NCBI RefSeq assembly: GCF_000143415.4
Contig: NW_003314282.1
Coordinates: 35,700 to 99,699, forward strand
Origin: Selaginella moellendorffii
Taxonomy: Eukaryota; Plantae; Lycopodiophyta
Reading direction: 5' to 3'
Length of the DNA: 64,000 nt
Of this stretch, positions 48,101 to 59,175 are shown piece by piece. The translations under genes and the position numbers were made by a program. How positions within the stretch are numbered: the stretch's first letter is position 1; each line of letters starts with the position of its first letter. Under the pieces are notes generated by a model. The model did no database searches and was not told the origin of the DNA. It was given only the letters and a program-made list of their open reading frames with translations.

Positions 48101-50226
48101 AGATAAGATTGTTTAGTAGGGGTTGAGCTTTGAGCTTTTCCTTGAAAAGTGATTTAGTCGTGGACAATGCTACTTCTATGAGAAGAAGCGTTAGTGATTG
48201 GTATTGAAGTGATTGAATCCTTGTTGGATTTCAGTTGGGATATATTAATCATTGATGATTCTTTTTATACTTGTTATGAAGTGAGTTACATCTTGTTATA
48301 GATGGATTCATGGAGGATCGGTTTGATGATCATTTATTGAGTATAACTTTATTATGTTTAGGTTTTGGATTGATGCAGATATGCTCTTCATTAACTTTGC
48401 ATTATAAAGTTTAACTTATAGATGTGTTGAAGAGGGTATTGTGGGTTATACCATGATTTATTCTTTATCATTGAATCTAGTTCATGCAAGACTTGTGAAC
48501 ATTATTAGGCAAGATTTGGTTATAGACTTCTTCAAGCTTTTGGTTCCTTGAGATTTCGTGCTTGTGATCCATTTGTTAAAAATTTTTGGGGGAGACATTT
48601 TTGGCTCATTAGCTTCGATGTTGAAGTTAGTATTTATGTCTGGTGATCATTGGTGATGATTGACTATCATCTAAGATAGTTTATTATCCTTATCAAAGGT
48701 TTTGCTTAATTATTGTTGGTATAGAATGATTTGCCATTCTTTGGGATGGTAGATTCTTTTTTCGACAATGATTATGCATTTCTTTATTGGTGGGATGATT
48801 GATGTATTTTAATAATAGTTAGTTATTCTCTTTGATGGCTTATAGCTTTTCACAATATCACATGTTCTTTGTGGTTTGCTCTGGATTGGTCTCTTGGGTT
48901 TGAGATATCGATAGGATGTTGCTGACAATTGCTTAAACAACTCTGGTTCCTTGGTATTGTTGATTGGGATTTATTCAGAGTGGCTAGTGCGATATTTGGC
49001 ATAGATGTGTGTTTGTTTGCCTTACAACATTCATTCTATTTTATTAACTATCGTTACAGTTGTTTTTGATAGATTGGGATGTTATTTCCTTTGGGTGATA
49101 CATTTGCGAGCATTTTGCTTGCGAATCAATGATACTTTATATTCTTTGAGTTATCTTTTGTAAGTTGTTTGGCTTACTATCTGCCATCTTCAGTAGTTAC
49201 GTTTCATCATTGAATTTCCTTAATGATATACTTGCTATTGAATTTTGTTGGATGGTCAATCCTATGTTTCCAAAAATGATGATCTTGGTGGTTCCTACAC
49301 TATCATACTAGTTTATCAGATAATAACTTACTTAGAATACTTTTGTGTTCTAATCTAAGATTTATTCACGAGTAATTAAAACTCTAAGATATTATTGTTT
49401 ATAACTTTGATATTGTTCCTCTATTAATCTTTGAGTTTGGGCCAGTATAAGTGTCTTTGGTTTTGGCACTTCATGTGCATGGTGAAATCTTTAGTCATGG
49501 GGTAACTATTGTCGACTGGTCACATCACCCGCCTTTCTGTCGATGTTCCTTATTCCATTGAAAGGGCGTGACCATGTAAACAACTCTAACTGCCTATTTA
49601 CAGTAGTCTATCTAAACCTTACCAACAGGTTTGATTTCTTTGCTCATGAGGGTTGGGGCCTCTGGTTTCTCTCTCTATATCCATGCAGGTAAGGTTGCAT
49701 CACACTTTTGTAAACTGGGTGACACCCAAAGTAACAAGGGTGGCTAACTCCATTGGTCATTTCCTGCTTGCATGCCTGTCTTTGTTCTGCGTACGGCTTC
49801 GGTTTAGGCCCAAGTTCCACACCATGCTAGTTAGTGGAGTACCCATCTCCTTGCGTTAGGCCACTGGTATGCCAAAATAATGCCAAACTCAGTTTGGCTC
49901 CATTTTGCGTGCTAGTCCTAGCATTGGGATGTTGGTTGCTCTAGGACTACTTCAAGTTGCTTTGGGCTCCTGTCCCTTCACTCCTTAAATTGTATATTCG
50001 GGAGTTGTTCCGTGGTCCGATTCCGTCACTCCTTGGCTCCATGCTTGGGAGTTTAGCACCGTTCTTTCGTTCAGTGGCCCAAGGCCCTGAACCTCGAGTA
50101 CCACACCACTATTCTATGGACACGTGGCATTTAACATGTGGCACATGGAGGGTTTAGGTTTCGCTTTGTAGTGTTATCTTATGGTAAATCACCATAGGAT
50201 AAAGGGTCAAAACCACGTGTGCTAGA
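42108..50226 (+). mobile_element. Older family-B LTR element; 5' LTR interrupted, 3' LTR 5'-truncated
   Basis: TSD CAATT (42103-42107, 50227-50231). 5' LTR 42108-45074 including the insertion, PBS TGGTATCAGA at 45077. Internal region collinear with 36687-40510. A deletion joins internal sequence to mid-LTR at about 49762. Confidence 0.92.
42755..44603 (+). mobile_element. Solo LTR, family A
   Basis: TGTGAGACAC...CCTTACA, TSD TTTAG (42750-42754, 44604-44608), homologous to 23278-24964. Confidence 0.96.
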
Positions 50227-50402
50227 CAATTTGACAGCTACAAAAATCCTATTATGCTAATATAAGTCATTATAGCTATACACTTGGACCTCATAACTGT
50301 TATATATGTTATATATGACAAAAATAAATTAATAAATAATAAATAAAACTAATATAAATATAATTTAAATTTAAGTATAATTCATATACTTTTTTTTGTT
50401 TT

Positions 50403-50822
50403 ATGATGTATATAAAATTGAAATTATTTATGTTTTATGTCATTTTATATTCATCAAATTTCTTATGTTCTTCAATAGAACTTCATGTTATTAATAGAAT
50501 AGGTGCATCTATTGATGCATCATGTGAATCAAAGGATGATCAAATAGGTCCATTTACTCTTAAAGATAGAAATAAATTTTCATTTAAATTTGGAACACGT
50601 TGGTTTGGTAGAACTCAATTTTGGTGTCAATTTAAAGTAAATGATGGGCCTTTTATAGGAAAATCAAGAGATTTTTCTGCTTATGTTCAAGATAGTAATA
50701 GTGATTATGAAGAAGCCAATGATATAGAATATTATATTTTTGGATATGGTATTTTTCGAACTTACACAACAAAGTATTATGAATGGTCTTTGCCTAAAAA
50801 GGCATATGATCAGAATTTCTAA
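50403..50822 (+). CDS. S-protein homolog (SPH / plant self-incompatibility S1 family), secreted, intronless
   Basis: Hydrophobic signal-like N-terminus, then LHVINRIG..IDASCESKDDQIG...FSFKF..RWFGRTQFWCQF. Family signature is C.SKDDDLG / F.F.F / G.T.F.C. Confidence 0.85.
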   Translation: MMYIKLKLFMFYVILYSSNFLCSSIELHVINRIGASIDASCESKDDQIGPFTLKDRNKFSFKFGTRWFGRTQFWCQFKVNDGPFIGKSRDFSAYVQDSNSDYEEANDIEYYIFGYGIFRTYTTKYYEWSLPKKAYDQNF

Positions 50823-51847
50823 TTAATAAATATTTAAAATTTAAAATATTTATTCAAAAATTTTATTATGCTTAATTAATAAAAACACTTGGTTTTCTTT
50901 GGGGTTTTATATTTTATTTTTAAAAAAAAATTAAGAATACTATAGTATATATTATTTAATGTGCTAAATAATTATAAATATAATTATAGATAATATTGTT
51001 AAAGAGGGAAAGATTGTGCACTTTTATTTATTATTCCTTTATTTTTTATATTTAAATAATAATAGAATTTTTTTTCAAATTGTTCTCTTTAATTGCTTAC
51101 AATTTACCATACTTCCTTAGTGTCTAGCTTACCTAGATTAAACTAATGGTGTGATATGGCCAACTAGTAAAGTTGGAACTAAATACCAAATATAAATTTC
51201 TGAATTTAAACTTTCTAGGATGTTTAATATTATTTAAACTCAATGATACTTAATTAAGACAGTTTTAAAGAATATACTGTTACTTATGGGCCTTTTCTAT
51301 TTTAATTCATTGTTTATTTTAAGCAAAATTTATAAACATACAGTTCATTGTTTAATACTAATAAAAATTTCATTGTTTTCACCAAATATGATAAGGAAAC
51401 CATTGTATTAAAATTCCAATATTTTCTGGTTTAATGTTTAATAAAAATATAAAATTGTGACTAAATTAGACTATAAACATGATTTTATATGAATAAAAAA
51501 TAATTATTATAAACAAATAAAAGAAAGTTTAAAAGCAGTTTTGTTTATTTAGGTAATAGTTGAAGTTAACAGAGAGTTGTTAAAAATTTAATATAATTTA
51601 ATATTAACTTCTCCTTTATGCATAGCACTTTTTCTTCTTTAAATATTAAGAGTTAAAATATCTTTTAGGAAAGCAATAAATAAAATAATATTTAAAAAAT
51701 TACTACTGTTAACTATTTATAGTTAGAGGTTTAGGGCTCTCGGTCCGTTGCATTAGATTAAACGATCCATCGTAAGTAGAGTCGCACAAGAAAGCGAGAA
51801 AGAAAGGATCCGCGCTGCGCAGCGCTAGCTCCCAGGAAAGAAGAACC

Positions 51848-52489
51848 CTAATCCAGCTCGTAGACGAGCTTGGCGCCCACGTACCCGAGCTTGGCCGCCT
51901 CCACGAAATCGTTGGTCACGTCCTCGAGCGCCCTCGACACATTGTACATCGCGAAATCATCGTCGTCGTAGGGCGTGTCCTTGACCTTGTCGCGAGAATC
52001 CGGGAAGAACTTGCGCAGCTTCTTGAGCATGGCGGCCGTCCGGACCACCAGCTCCGGCTCGATCACGGCGCCATCCTCGGACCGCCGCTGCAAATCCACG
52101 ATCGGCCCCAGCCCCTCGTCGCCGAGCAGCGTCCGCGCCGTGAGCTTCTTGAACTGCGCGTCATCCAGCAAGGGGCGCTTGGCCGGCGGGCAGAGCATGG
52201 GAATGATCTCCATGGGCCGCGGCGGAGCATCGTCGTCCTCGCTCTCGTGCTCGCCATCGTCGCCGGGCTCGAGCGCCGCCTTGGCGCGGAGGTAGGCCGC
52301 GATTACCATCTGGCGGACGTAGCAGCTCCAGGAATCCCGGGTCGCCAGAGGGATACCCAGCGACTCCATCACCGCCGATTCCCGGGGCTTGGCCTTCTTC
52401 TTGCTGCCGCTACGCCGCTTCTTCTTGCGCGCCTCCACCCGGAGCCGCTGCTTCTCCTCCTCGTCCACGTAGAATCGGAGCCACCGCAT
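51848..52489 (-). CDS. Hypothetical 213-aa protein with basic NLS-like tract; paralog of 52955-53584
   Basis: GC-rich intact ORF. Collinear similarity to the divergent neighbour (DEEEKQRL, DSW..Y.R.M.IAAYL, DL.RRS.DG..IEP.L, ML.KLR.FFP). Confidence 0.8.
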   Translation of the reverse strand: MRWLRFYVDEEEKQRLRVEARKKKRRSGSKKKAKPRESAVMESLGIPLATRDSWSCYVRQMVIAAYLRAKAALEPGDDGEHESEDDDAPPRPMEIIPMLCPPAKRPLLDDAQFKKLTARTLLGDEGLGPIVDLQRRSEDGAVIEPELVVRTAAMLKKLRKFFPDSRDKVKDTPYDDDDFAMYNVSRALEDVTNDFVEAAKLGYVGAKLVYELD

Positions 52490-52954
52490 CGCGCCGCGAA
52501 GGAAGTCCCAGGAAATCGATCGATCGAGCGCCGGAGAAGAGAGATCGGGGAGAGATTGCGAGAGAGAGGAGCTACCCTGCAGAGAAAGGGCGAGACTTTA
52601 GGGCAAGCGATCGCGAGGAAGAACAAGCACACACAAAGCACACAATGCGAGGGAAAAAAACACACGAACTCACATAGTTTGGTCAAAGATACGTTGACTA
52701 GATTAGCTGCTCGTATAAACGTCCGTCTAAGCCGTGCTGCCTACGCTAATCGGCATCGTCAAAGAGAAGTGGGAGCATAGATTTTTGATGCTTTTTTTAA
52801 GGCGGGCATATTCGCCGCGAGAATATAAAGGCGTCGCCTAGGAAGAACGAGAGATCGAGCAATCCAGCAGCGTTGGATAGATAGGCGCCAGGGTTTCTAG
52901 ATTTCTCGCTTCGACCTTTCTCTTGGATCTCTCTCTCACGATCGCGGCGCGGCT

Positions 52955-53584
52955 ATGGCGGCGGCATCCACAGCAACGCGGTATGTGATGAAGTTGTATC
53001 CGGACGAGGATGAGAAGAAGCGGCTCGAGAAGAAGCGGCGCAAGCAGCGGCAAAGCCACGGCTACCCGGCCAAGCGCAAGAATCTGGGGAAGAAGCCGAC
53101 GGAGGTAGCGCTGGACGATCTCGATTCCTGGGAGTCGTATCTCCGCGCGATGCTCATCGCCGCCTATCTAAAGGTCGAAGAGGAGTGGGAAGACGTCGAC
53201 GAGAAGAAGGAGGCGCTCAACACCATCCTGTGCTGCTGCCCGGTGGATCGCGAGCTCCAGATGAAGACGCTGCTGAATCGCAAGATAACCAAGATCCTGG
53301 ACGAGGAGTTCGCGCCGATTTGCGACCTGGCGCGGCGGAGCATGGACGGGGACAAGATCGAGCCGGCGCTCTTCCTCAAGGCCACGGAGATGCTCCACAA
53401 GCTCCGGGATTTCTTCCCGACCAAGATGAAGGTCTTGGCGGGAAGTCCGTACGATGGGCGCGCGAGCAACGTTTGCGGGGAGGCGCTGGACAATCTCTTG
53501 GCGCAGATGAAGCACGCCGCCAAGTTCCGGCACTTGGGCGCCACTGTGGACGAGAAGGACGAGAAAGACGAGAAAGAGAAGTGA
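52955..53584 (+). CDS. Hypothetical 209-aa protein with basic NLS-like tract; paralog of 51848-52489
   Basis: GC-rich intact ORF with TATAAA near 52824. Same motifs as its partner. Confidence 0.8.
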   Translation: MAAASTATRYVMKLYPDEDEKKRLEKKRRKQRQSHGYPAKRKNLGKKPTEVALDDLDSWESYLRAMLIAAYLKVEEEWEDVDEKKEALNTILCCCPVDRELQMKTLLNRKITKILDEEFAPICDLARRSMDGDKIEPALFLKATEMLHKLRDFFPTKMKVLAGSPYDGRASNVCGEALDNLLAQMKHAAKFRHLGATVDEKDEKDEKEK

Positions 53585-53737
53585 TCTTCGCAAGATCTTA
53601 GAGATCGTTCCATATGATCTATAAATATATAACACCGCTTATATTTATTAACATATAAGCTTTGACCTTTGTGACTGTAGATCTTTGTGTTGTCACGTCT
53701 TTGATCTATGGTCTCTGGATCGCAAGCTTTGATCTCG

Positions 53738-56175
53738 CTACCGGAAGGTCTCGGCGCGAGTAAAGGAGGAGGACATACATTTCCAGAGCTTCCTGTTGCG
53801 AATCCCCGAGGCCCAGCTTCTCAGCGGACTGACTGTCTCGGGGATTTCTTCTTCTTGTTTCTCGCTTTCGCGCTTGTCAACCGCTCGTTTCATTCGAGCC
53901 ACGGCTTGCGAGACTGTTCCTGCGGCCTGGATAGAGACGAGGTGAGCACGCGAGTATAGAAATCTAAAGGAGAGCTGCTTGCCTTGAAAGTCTTGAGGAG
54001 GTCGATCTTGGAGTGATCCAGTACTCTCAATCCTTTGTCGTTGATCTGGATGAAATCTACGTAGTCGGCATCCCAGACAACGTCGCCGTCGTGGACGAAG
54101 TAATCCTGCAGTTAAGTAGTACACCACTCTTGAATTCCGCCCGCCATGAATTGAGGAACTTGAATCACCTCTAGATGGAATATAGGCTGCATTGATGCTC
54201 GCTCCAGGCCCATGACAGTCAAGGAAAACGAAGCGTCGCCATCGACCAAGGATTCGTTCGTGTGTCCATAGACAGGACTTTTCTTGTCTATGATGTGCCG
54301 CACCATGAGTCCATATCTCAAGTATGAAACCTGTCACATAAGAAGATTGAGTATCGTTGAAACAAAAGCGAGAGTTCGTTTGCCTCGGGTCGTACTACGT
54401 CCAGATCTTGAGTCGAGCAAAACACGGAACCAGACGGGAGAGTGACAAATATCCTGAAAGTGAGACATATTTTAGCGTCAACAAGCTCGCACGGCGGTGG
54501 CCCTGTCAACACTAGTCGAATGCTGAGGACCCTGCATGGGAAAGTGAGAGCTGACACGGTTGTTAAACGAGAACTTACCTGAACTTTTCGCCATCTCCCA
54601 AGCTCGGGATGTAGTCATCCTTCTTTATTATCGCTTTCTTTGAACACCGGATGGGATGCGATGGCTGCGACATTCGGGCAAACACTGGGTTGACAAGAGT
54701 GTTAGCTGTTTTGCTTCTTGAAAGACAAGTCCCTGCTCACCAGCTCCACTGAGAAAGACGAACAAAAATTGTGCCATAAGGGTGTTAACGTTTGCTATCA
54801 GCAGAGAATACGGTGAGACCGCTATGACAGGAGATCCGCCAAAGGTTGTTGACAAAGACAACCTGGGAGAAGCAATCCAAAAATCAGCACATAAAATATA
54901 GGGAGCGGGGAAGATCTTACGCATAAAGGAAGACGTTTAAAACAGCTAAGCATGTTTCTTTCGCTGACGCGAGAGGGCCGATAAGTCCCTGCTCCGCCAT
55001 AGCTTCATCGTAAGTAAGCCCGTCAATGTTTAGCAGGAACAAAGGCATGAATAATAATGACAATGCCATTGGAGCAAGAAAAACTCCAACGAGAAAATAC
55101 CCGATAGACATCTGCACGAAAAACAGAAGGTAAACACGACACTTAAGTACAAAGAAGACTATTGCGGTACCTTCAAGCAAGCAACGTAAAAGTCCTGGAC
55201 GAAACCGATGAGTGACTTGTCCTGTCGCACAACGAGCCCTTCCATTCCTTTCCTCCCTTTCAAACGATGTTGCGGCCCCGTTTTCGATCCTTCAAACGCA
55301 GCCGCGCCAACGCCTCCTGCCCCTCCTTCATTCAGCTCCTCCACCCTCTTCTCCTCCAGAAGATCGTTCGGAGAATTCTTTACGTGTGCCATGTGAGTGG
55401 CAAAGGCCACAGTATGTCTGAGCCTCCGCCACCTATTGCGAGCCAGTAGCGACTCCCCTGGAGTCGAAGAATCTAGCACTCCTCCTGCGTTCTCGGTATC
55501 GGTGACCGCTTTGGAGCTGGGAAACGTCGGACTGTTTTCATCTACACTTGGGCTGGCAAGAGACGTGGAATCACTCTCGGACTTGGCAAGCACGGGCACT
55601 AGCGTCGACGAAGCGTTGTCACCCATGAATTCGTCCACTGTTAAGTCAACCTGTACACCCACGTCCTTTCCCACTTTAGCTCTGGGAGAAGAAGTAGCGG
55701 CAGGAAGAACTTCCTCCAGATTTTCGTGACCCAAGCTTGACATGGAGTCCATCTCGCAAGCCTGGCTATGCCTTCTTACTGCCTCTGCCAGCTTCCATCC
55801 CTTCCTTACTCTAAACCTCTTGGCCTTGGCATGCTCGGCAACGTCGTCTTTCTCCCCTTCCTGGAGCCGAAAGCTCGGAGACCTGAAGCTTCTAGCTCCC
55901 AGTTTCTTTCGACGCTGGTCAGGAGCAATTGTGGAAGAAGAAGCATCGGTGCCTTTCTCTTCTTCCTCTTGCTTGCTTTCTCCTCCCCAGCGATCGATCG
56001 ACATGCTCCCATCAGGAGCTAGAATGGACTGCCCCTGGTGAGCCAAATGCGGCGAGAAGAGGGAAGGGTCTTCACGGTACCTGGACGAGTCAAGGCCGGT
56101 CTCTTCGATGGATCGAGCGGAAGGAAATCTCACTCGCAGATTGTCTCGTTTCCATCCTCCAGCCTTGCTTGACAT
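53738..56175 (-). CDS. Inward-rectifier (Kir/IRK)-like two-TM channel with a long disordered N-terminus, multi-exon
   Basis: TM1 (IGYFLVGVFLAPMALSLLF), pore VFLYALSLSTTFGGSP, TM2 (LMAQFLFVFLSGA|VFARMSQP..PIRCSKKAII), cytoplasmic domain LSIRL...ELVDAKICL and VRHIIDKKSPVYG..ESL...LTVMGLE. Compare Kir FAKxSRP, FSxxAVI, HxIDxxSPLY. ATG at 56175; last-exon frame inferred. Confidence 0.8.
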
Positions 56176-56434
56176 TGACCTCCTATGGAAGAACACGTAG
56201 TAAGAATTTCTATGGTCAATCCAGCTAAGAATCACGGCAATCTAGAACCAATCCAAAGCAGAGGAAGAAAATCGAGAGAGAGGGACAGGAGCTGCGAACC
56301 TGGAGTCTGTGACCGTGCATTCTGCGCAGCGAAATCACGCGCGCGAGAGCGCCATTCCTCCCACTCCGGCGCTAGAACCCTAGAGAAGGCGCATTTTATT
56401 TCTCCGTTAGAACCCTCAACCCTAGCGCCTAGCG

Positions 56435-57530
56435 ATGGTGCTGTCTATGGTGGGATTGGGCCTGGGCGACGAGCGCGACATCACGATCCGGGGGATGGAC
56501 GCCGTGCGTGGCGCCGATCGCGTCTACTTGGAGGCGTACACATCCTTGCTCGATCTAGGCCCTGTGGAGTCCGCGATTTCTAGACTGGTAATATCCTCCT
56601 CGATCCTCGATTCTCTCTTATCTGCTAGCTCTCACAGGAAGATTTCTATGGACGAGAGATCATACTCGCCGATAGGGAGATGGTAGAACAGGCTGCCGAG
56701 GAGATTGTCGAGGCTGCGCGATCCGAGAAAGTGGCTTTCCTTGTGGTTGGAGATCCATTCGGGTATGGAATATCTTTGCTCGTTTCTATTTCGCTAAGCT
56801 CTTCGCTACAGTGCCACCACTCACTCCGACCTGGTGGTCCGTGCAAGGAGATCCGGCGTCGAAGTGGAAGTCATCCACAACGCATCGGTCATGAACGCGA
56901 TCGGTGTGTGTGGCTTGCAGCTCTATCGATTCGGGGAGACCATTTCCATTCCATTCTTCACGGAGACTTGGAAACCGGATAGTTTCTACGACAAGATCAA
57001 AGCAAACCGGACGCTTGGTTTGCACACTTTGTGCCTCCTCGGTACGTAAGCTACTGTTCTAACACCGATCGTTCTCTCGAGTTTCTCACTGTTCTTCACT
57101 AGATATTCGTGTCAAGGAGCCTTCCGTGGAGGCCTTGTGCAGGTAAGCTCCAAGTTTTTTTTACTCGTGAAACCTCTTACGCTTGAAACTTTGCTTAGAG
57201 GCTTGAAGAACACGTACGAGCCGCCGAGATACATGAGCATCAACACAGCAGTGGAGCAATTGCTGGAAGTGGAGGAGCAACGCAAAGAGAAAGGTTTGGA
57301 AAACTTTGGATCAATCAATCAAAGATCTAACTTTTTTACTTCTTCCAGCTTACAGTGACGAGACTCTGGCAGTAGGATTGGCACGCCTAGGAACAAAGTC
57401 ACAGAAGATAGTGGCTGGAACGCTCAAACAATTGGAAGCAACGGAGTTTGGCGCGCCTTTGCATTGTCTCGTCATCACCGGCAACGTTCACGTCATGGAG
57501 AACGAAATGCTTAGCTTTTTCGCGACTTGA
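56435..57530 (+). CDS. DPH5: Diphthine methyl ester synthase, multi-exon
   Basis: [20 protein letters not shown]...[73 protein letters not shown]. Confidence 0.96.
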
Positions 57531-57569
57531 GGTAGGATATTCTTATTCAAACCCGGAATATTCACTTAC

Positions 57570-58573
57570 TCACTGGAGCAGCTCGTTTCTTCCCCATTTC
57601 TTGGGCTTGCTCGCGCCGGTGGTTCTCACGATCGTGTAGCCGGCGGCACCGAGAAGACAACCAAGCGTCGGTGCGACTATGTAGACCCAGAGGCTCTTGT
57701 AGCAATTGGCGGCGATGGCAGGGCCGATAGTTCTGGCTGGATTCATCGATGCTCCAGTTGCTTGGCTGAGTGAAACAAAGAAAAGATCAAAGGTTTAGAA
57801 GGCACACACAAGTACCTTGCGGCCAAGTTGTTGACAAACACTGTAGCGCCCACTGCGACGGCTGCCATGTCTCCAACCTGGCAGAAAAGATGTGAGATCA
57901 AACCACCAAAGTGAAGAGCTCGGGAAGGAGTACCGCAGATCTATCGGTGGCGAGTGCTGTGTTGACAAACATGAGGATGAAGGATATCACGAGCTCCAGG
58001 ACGAAAGCTTGGAGGTCCGATCCAATGGGAACCGTCACTCCTGCGGCGATATCTGGATAGTAGACCCCTTTGAGAATGAAAGAGGCCAGAACAGATGCCA
58101 GGAGCTGCGCGACAATATAGACGGGAACCTGTACACTCGCGAAAGGAAAGCCATCACGACAGCTTCAAGTTACGAGCTCGATCTGACCAACCTGGATCCA
58201 AGGAAACTGTCCGAGAGCGGCGAAACTTATAGTGACGGATGGATTTAGATGCGCTCCACAAATATGGCCGGTTGAGAAGATGATGGTCGTCACGGCCAGG
58301 GCGGGAGTAGCAGACAGTGCAAAGACCGAAAGACCACCGAGCTGCTTGTTCACTATAGGAGTTGCCGCGGCGGTGAAGATGAGAATGAACGTTCCAATGA
58401 ACTCGGCACCAACCTTCAAGATGAGAACAAGGCCAAAGAAGTTAGCATGATCGAAGAGATGGATCGGATCGGTGGACCTTTCTAGCAAAAGCAGTAAAAG
58501 GCGTGAGTACGAGCTCCTCATCTTCGTAACGTTCTCGCTTGCCACTGATCAAAGGACGGGTTTCCTCGCTCAT
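57570..58573 (-). CDS. NIP: NIP-type aquaporin (MIP family), NPS/NPA motifs, multi-exon
   Basis: MSEETRPLI..., VGAEFIGTFILIF, TGHICGAHLNPSVT, QAFVLELVISFILMFVNTALATD, VAVGATVFVNNL, TGASMNPARTIGPA, LWVYIVAPTLG. Confidence 0.93.
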
Positions 58574-59175
58574 GATCTGTTACAACAACAAAGGCGAAGA
58601 GCATATATCTTAGCGACAGCAGAGAAACAGAAAAATCGAAGCAGAAGAAGATCCATACGCTAGATTCAAAGTTCGAGGAGGATTGACGTTGTGCCAAGAC
58701 GGTAGGAATTTTCAGGAGTATCTTATAGCCATTAGCTCCTGGAATGACATGGTAGAAAGCTCTGGCATGTGGTCCATGCTCGGTCATTTGAATTGACAAA
58801 GGTCCCTACCTCTTTACTTGATCTTGATGCGCTGCTGGTTCCACGAGAATCGGCTTTCCAGCTCGTGCTCCACAATCCGACGAGCCGACCAGTCCTTCAA
58901 CAATTAATGCCATGTTTTTGATACCAGCTTCCAAGCTCTGTTCCTGAAACAACGCACTAGTAACGTTAGCAAGAATGAAAAGTGGAAAGTAAATAAGGGA
59001 CTAGCTGCTACTTACAAATCGCTGTCTTCCCTGATGCAACTTGCAGAAGGAATCTGCTAAAGCGAAAGCCACAATAAAGAAGTAAGAAGCTACGAACGAT
59101 ATGTCGTTTGATTCGGGGGGCCCGAAGCCTCCCATTCCATCAGAGAAAACTTTTACAACGCGATGGCAGTGCCTC

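Larger units (their letters stand above)
22567..50295 (-). mobile_element. Old Ty3/Gypsy LTR retrotransposon (family C), host of the nested insertions
   Basis: LTRs of about 175 bp: 22567-22741, and 42002-42107 + 50232-50295 (split by an insertion), termini TGTGAG...CTCATA. Minus-strand PPT GAAAGGAGGGGATGA at 22742-22756 and PBS TGGTGGAGATAAGAG near 41986-42000. Decayed pol in RT-RH-IN order: SPW..P..V.KPD.SIYFCINY..LNK, FQQMMD..FIDD, KLQIYNFDIVHR..DALS, PRSITSNEYVIIASDYLT. No TSD seen. Confidence 0.85.

Noticed and set aside
51975-53635. Overlapping alternate-frame ORFs around the orphan gene pair
   Set aside because: GC-rich shadows; only 51848-52489 and 52955-53584 show mutual protein-level conservation.
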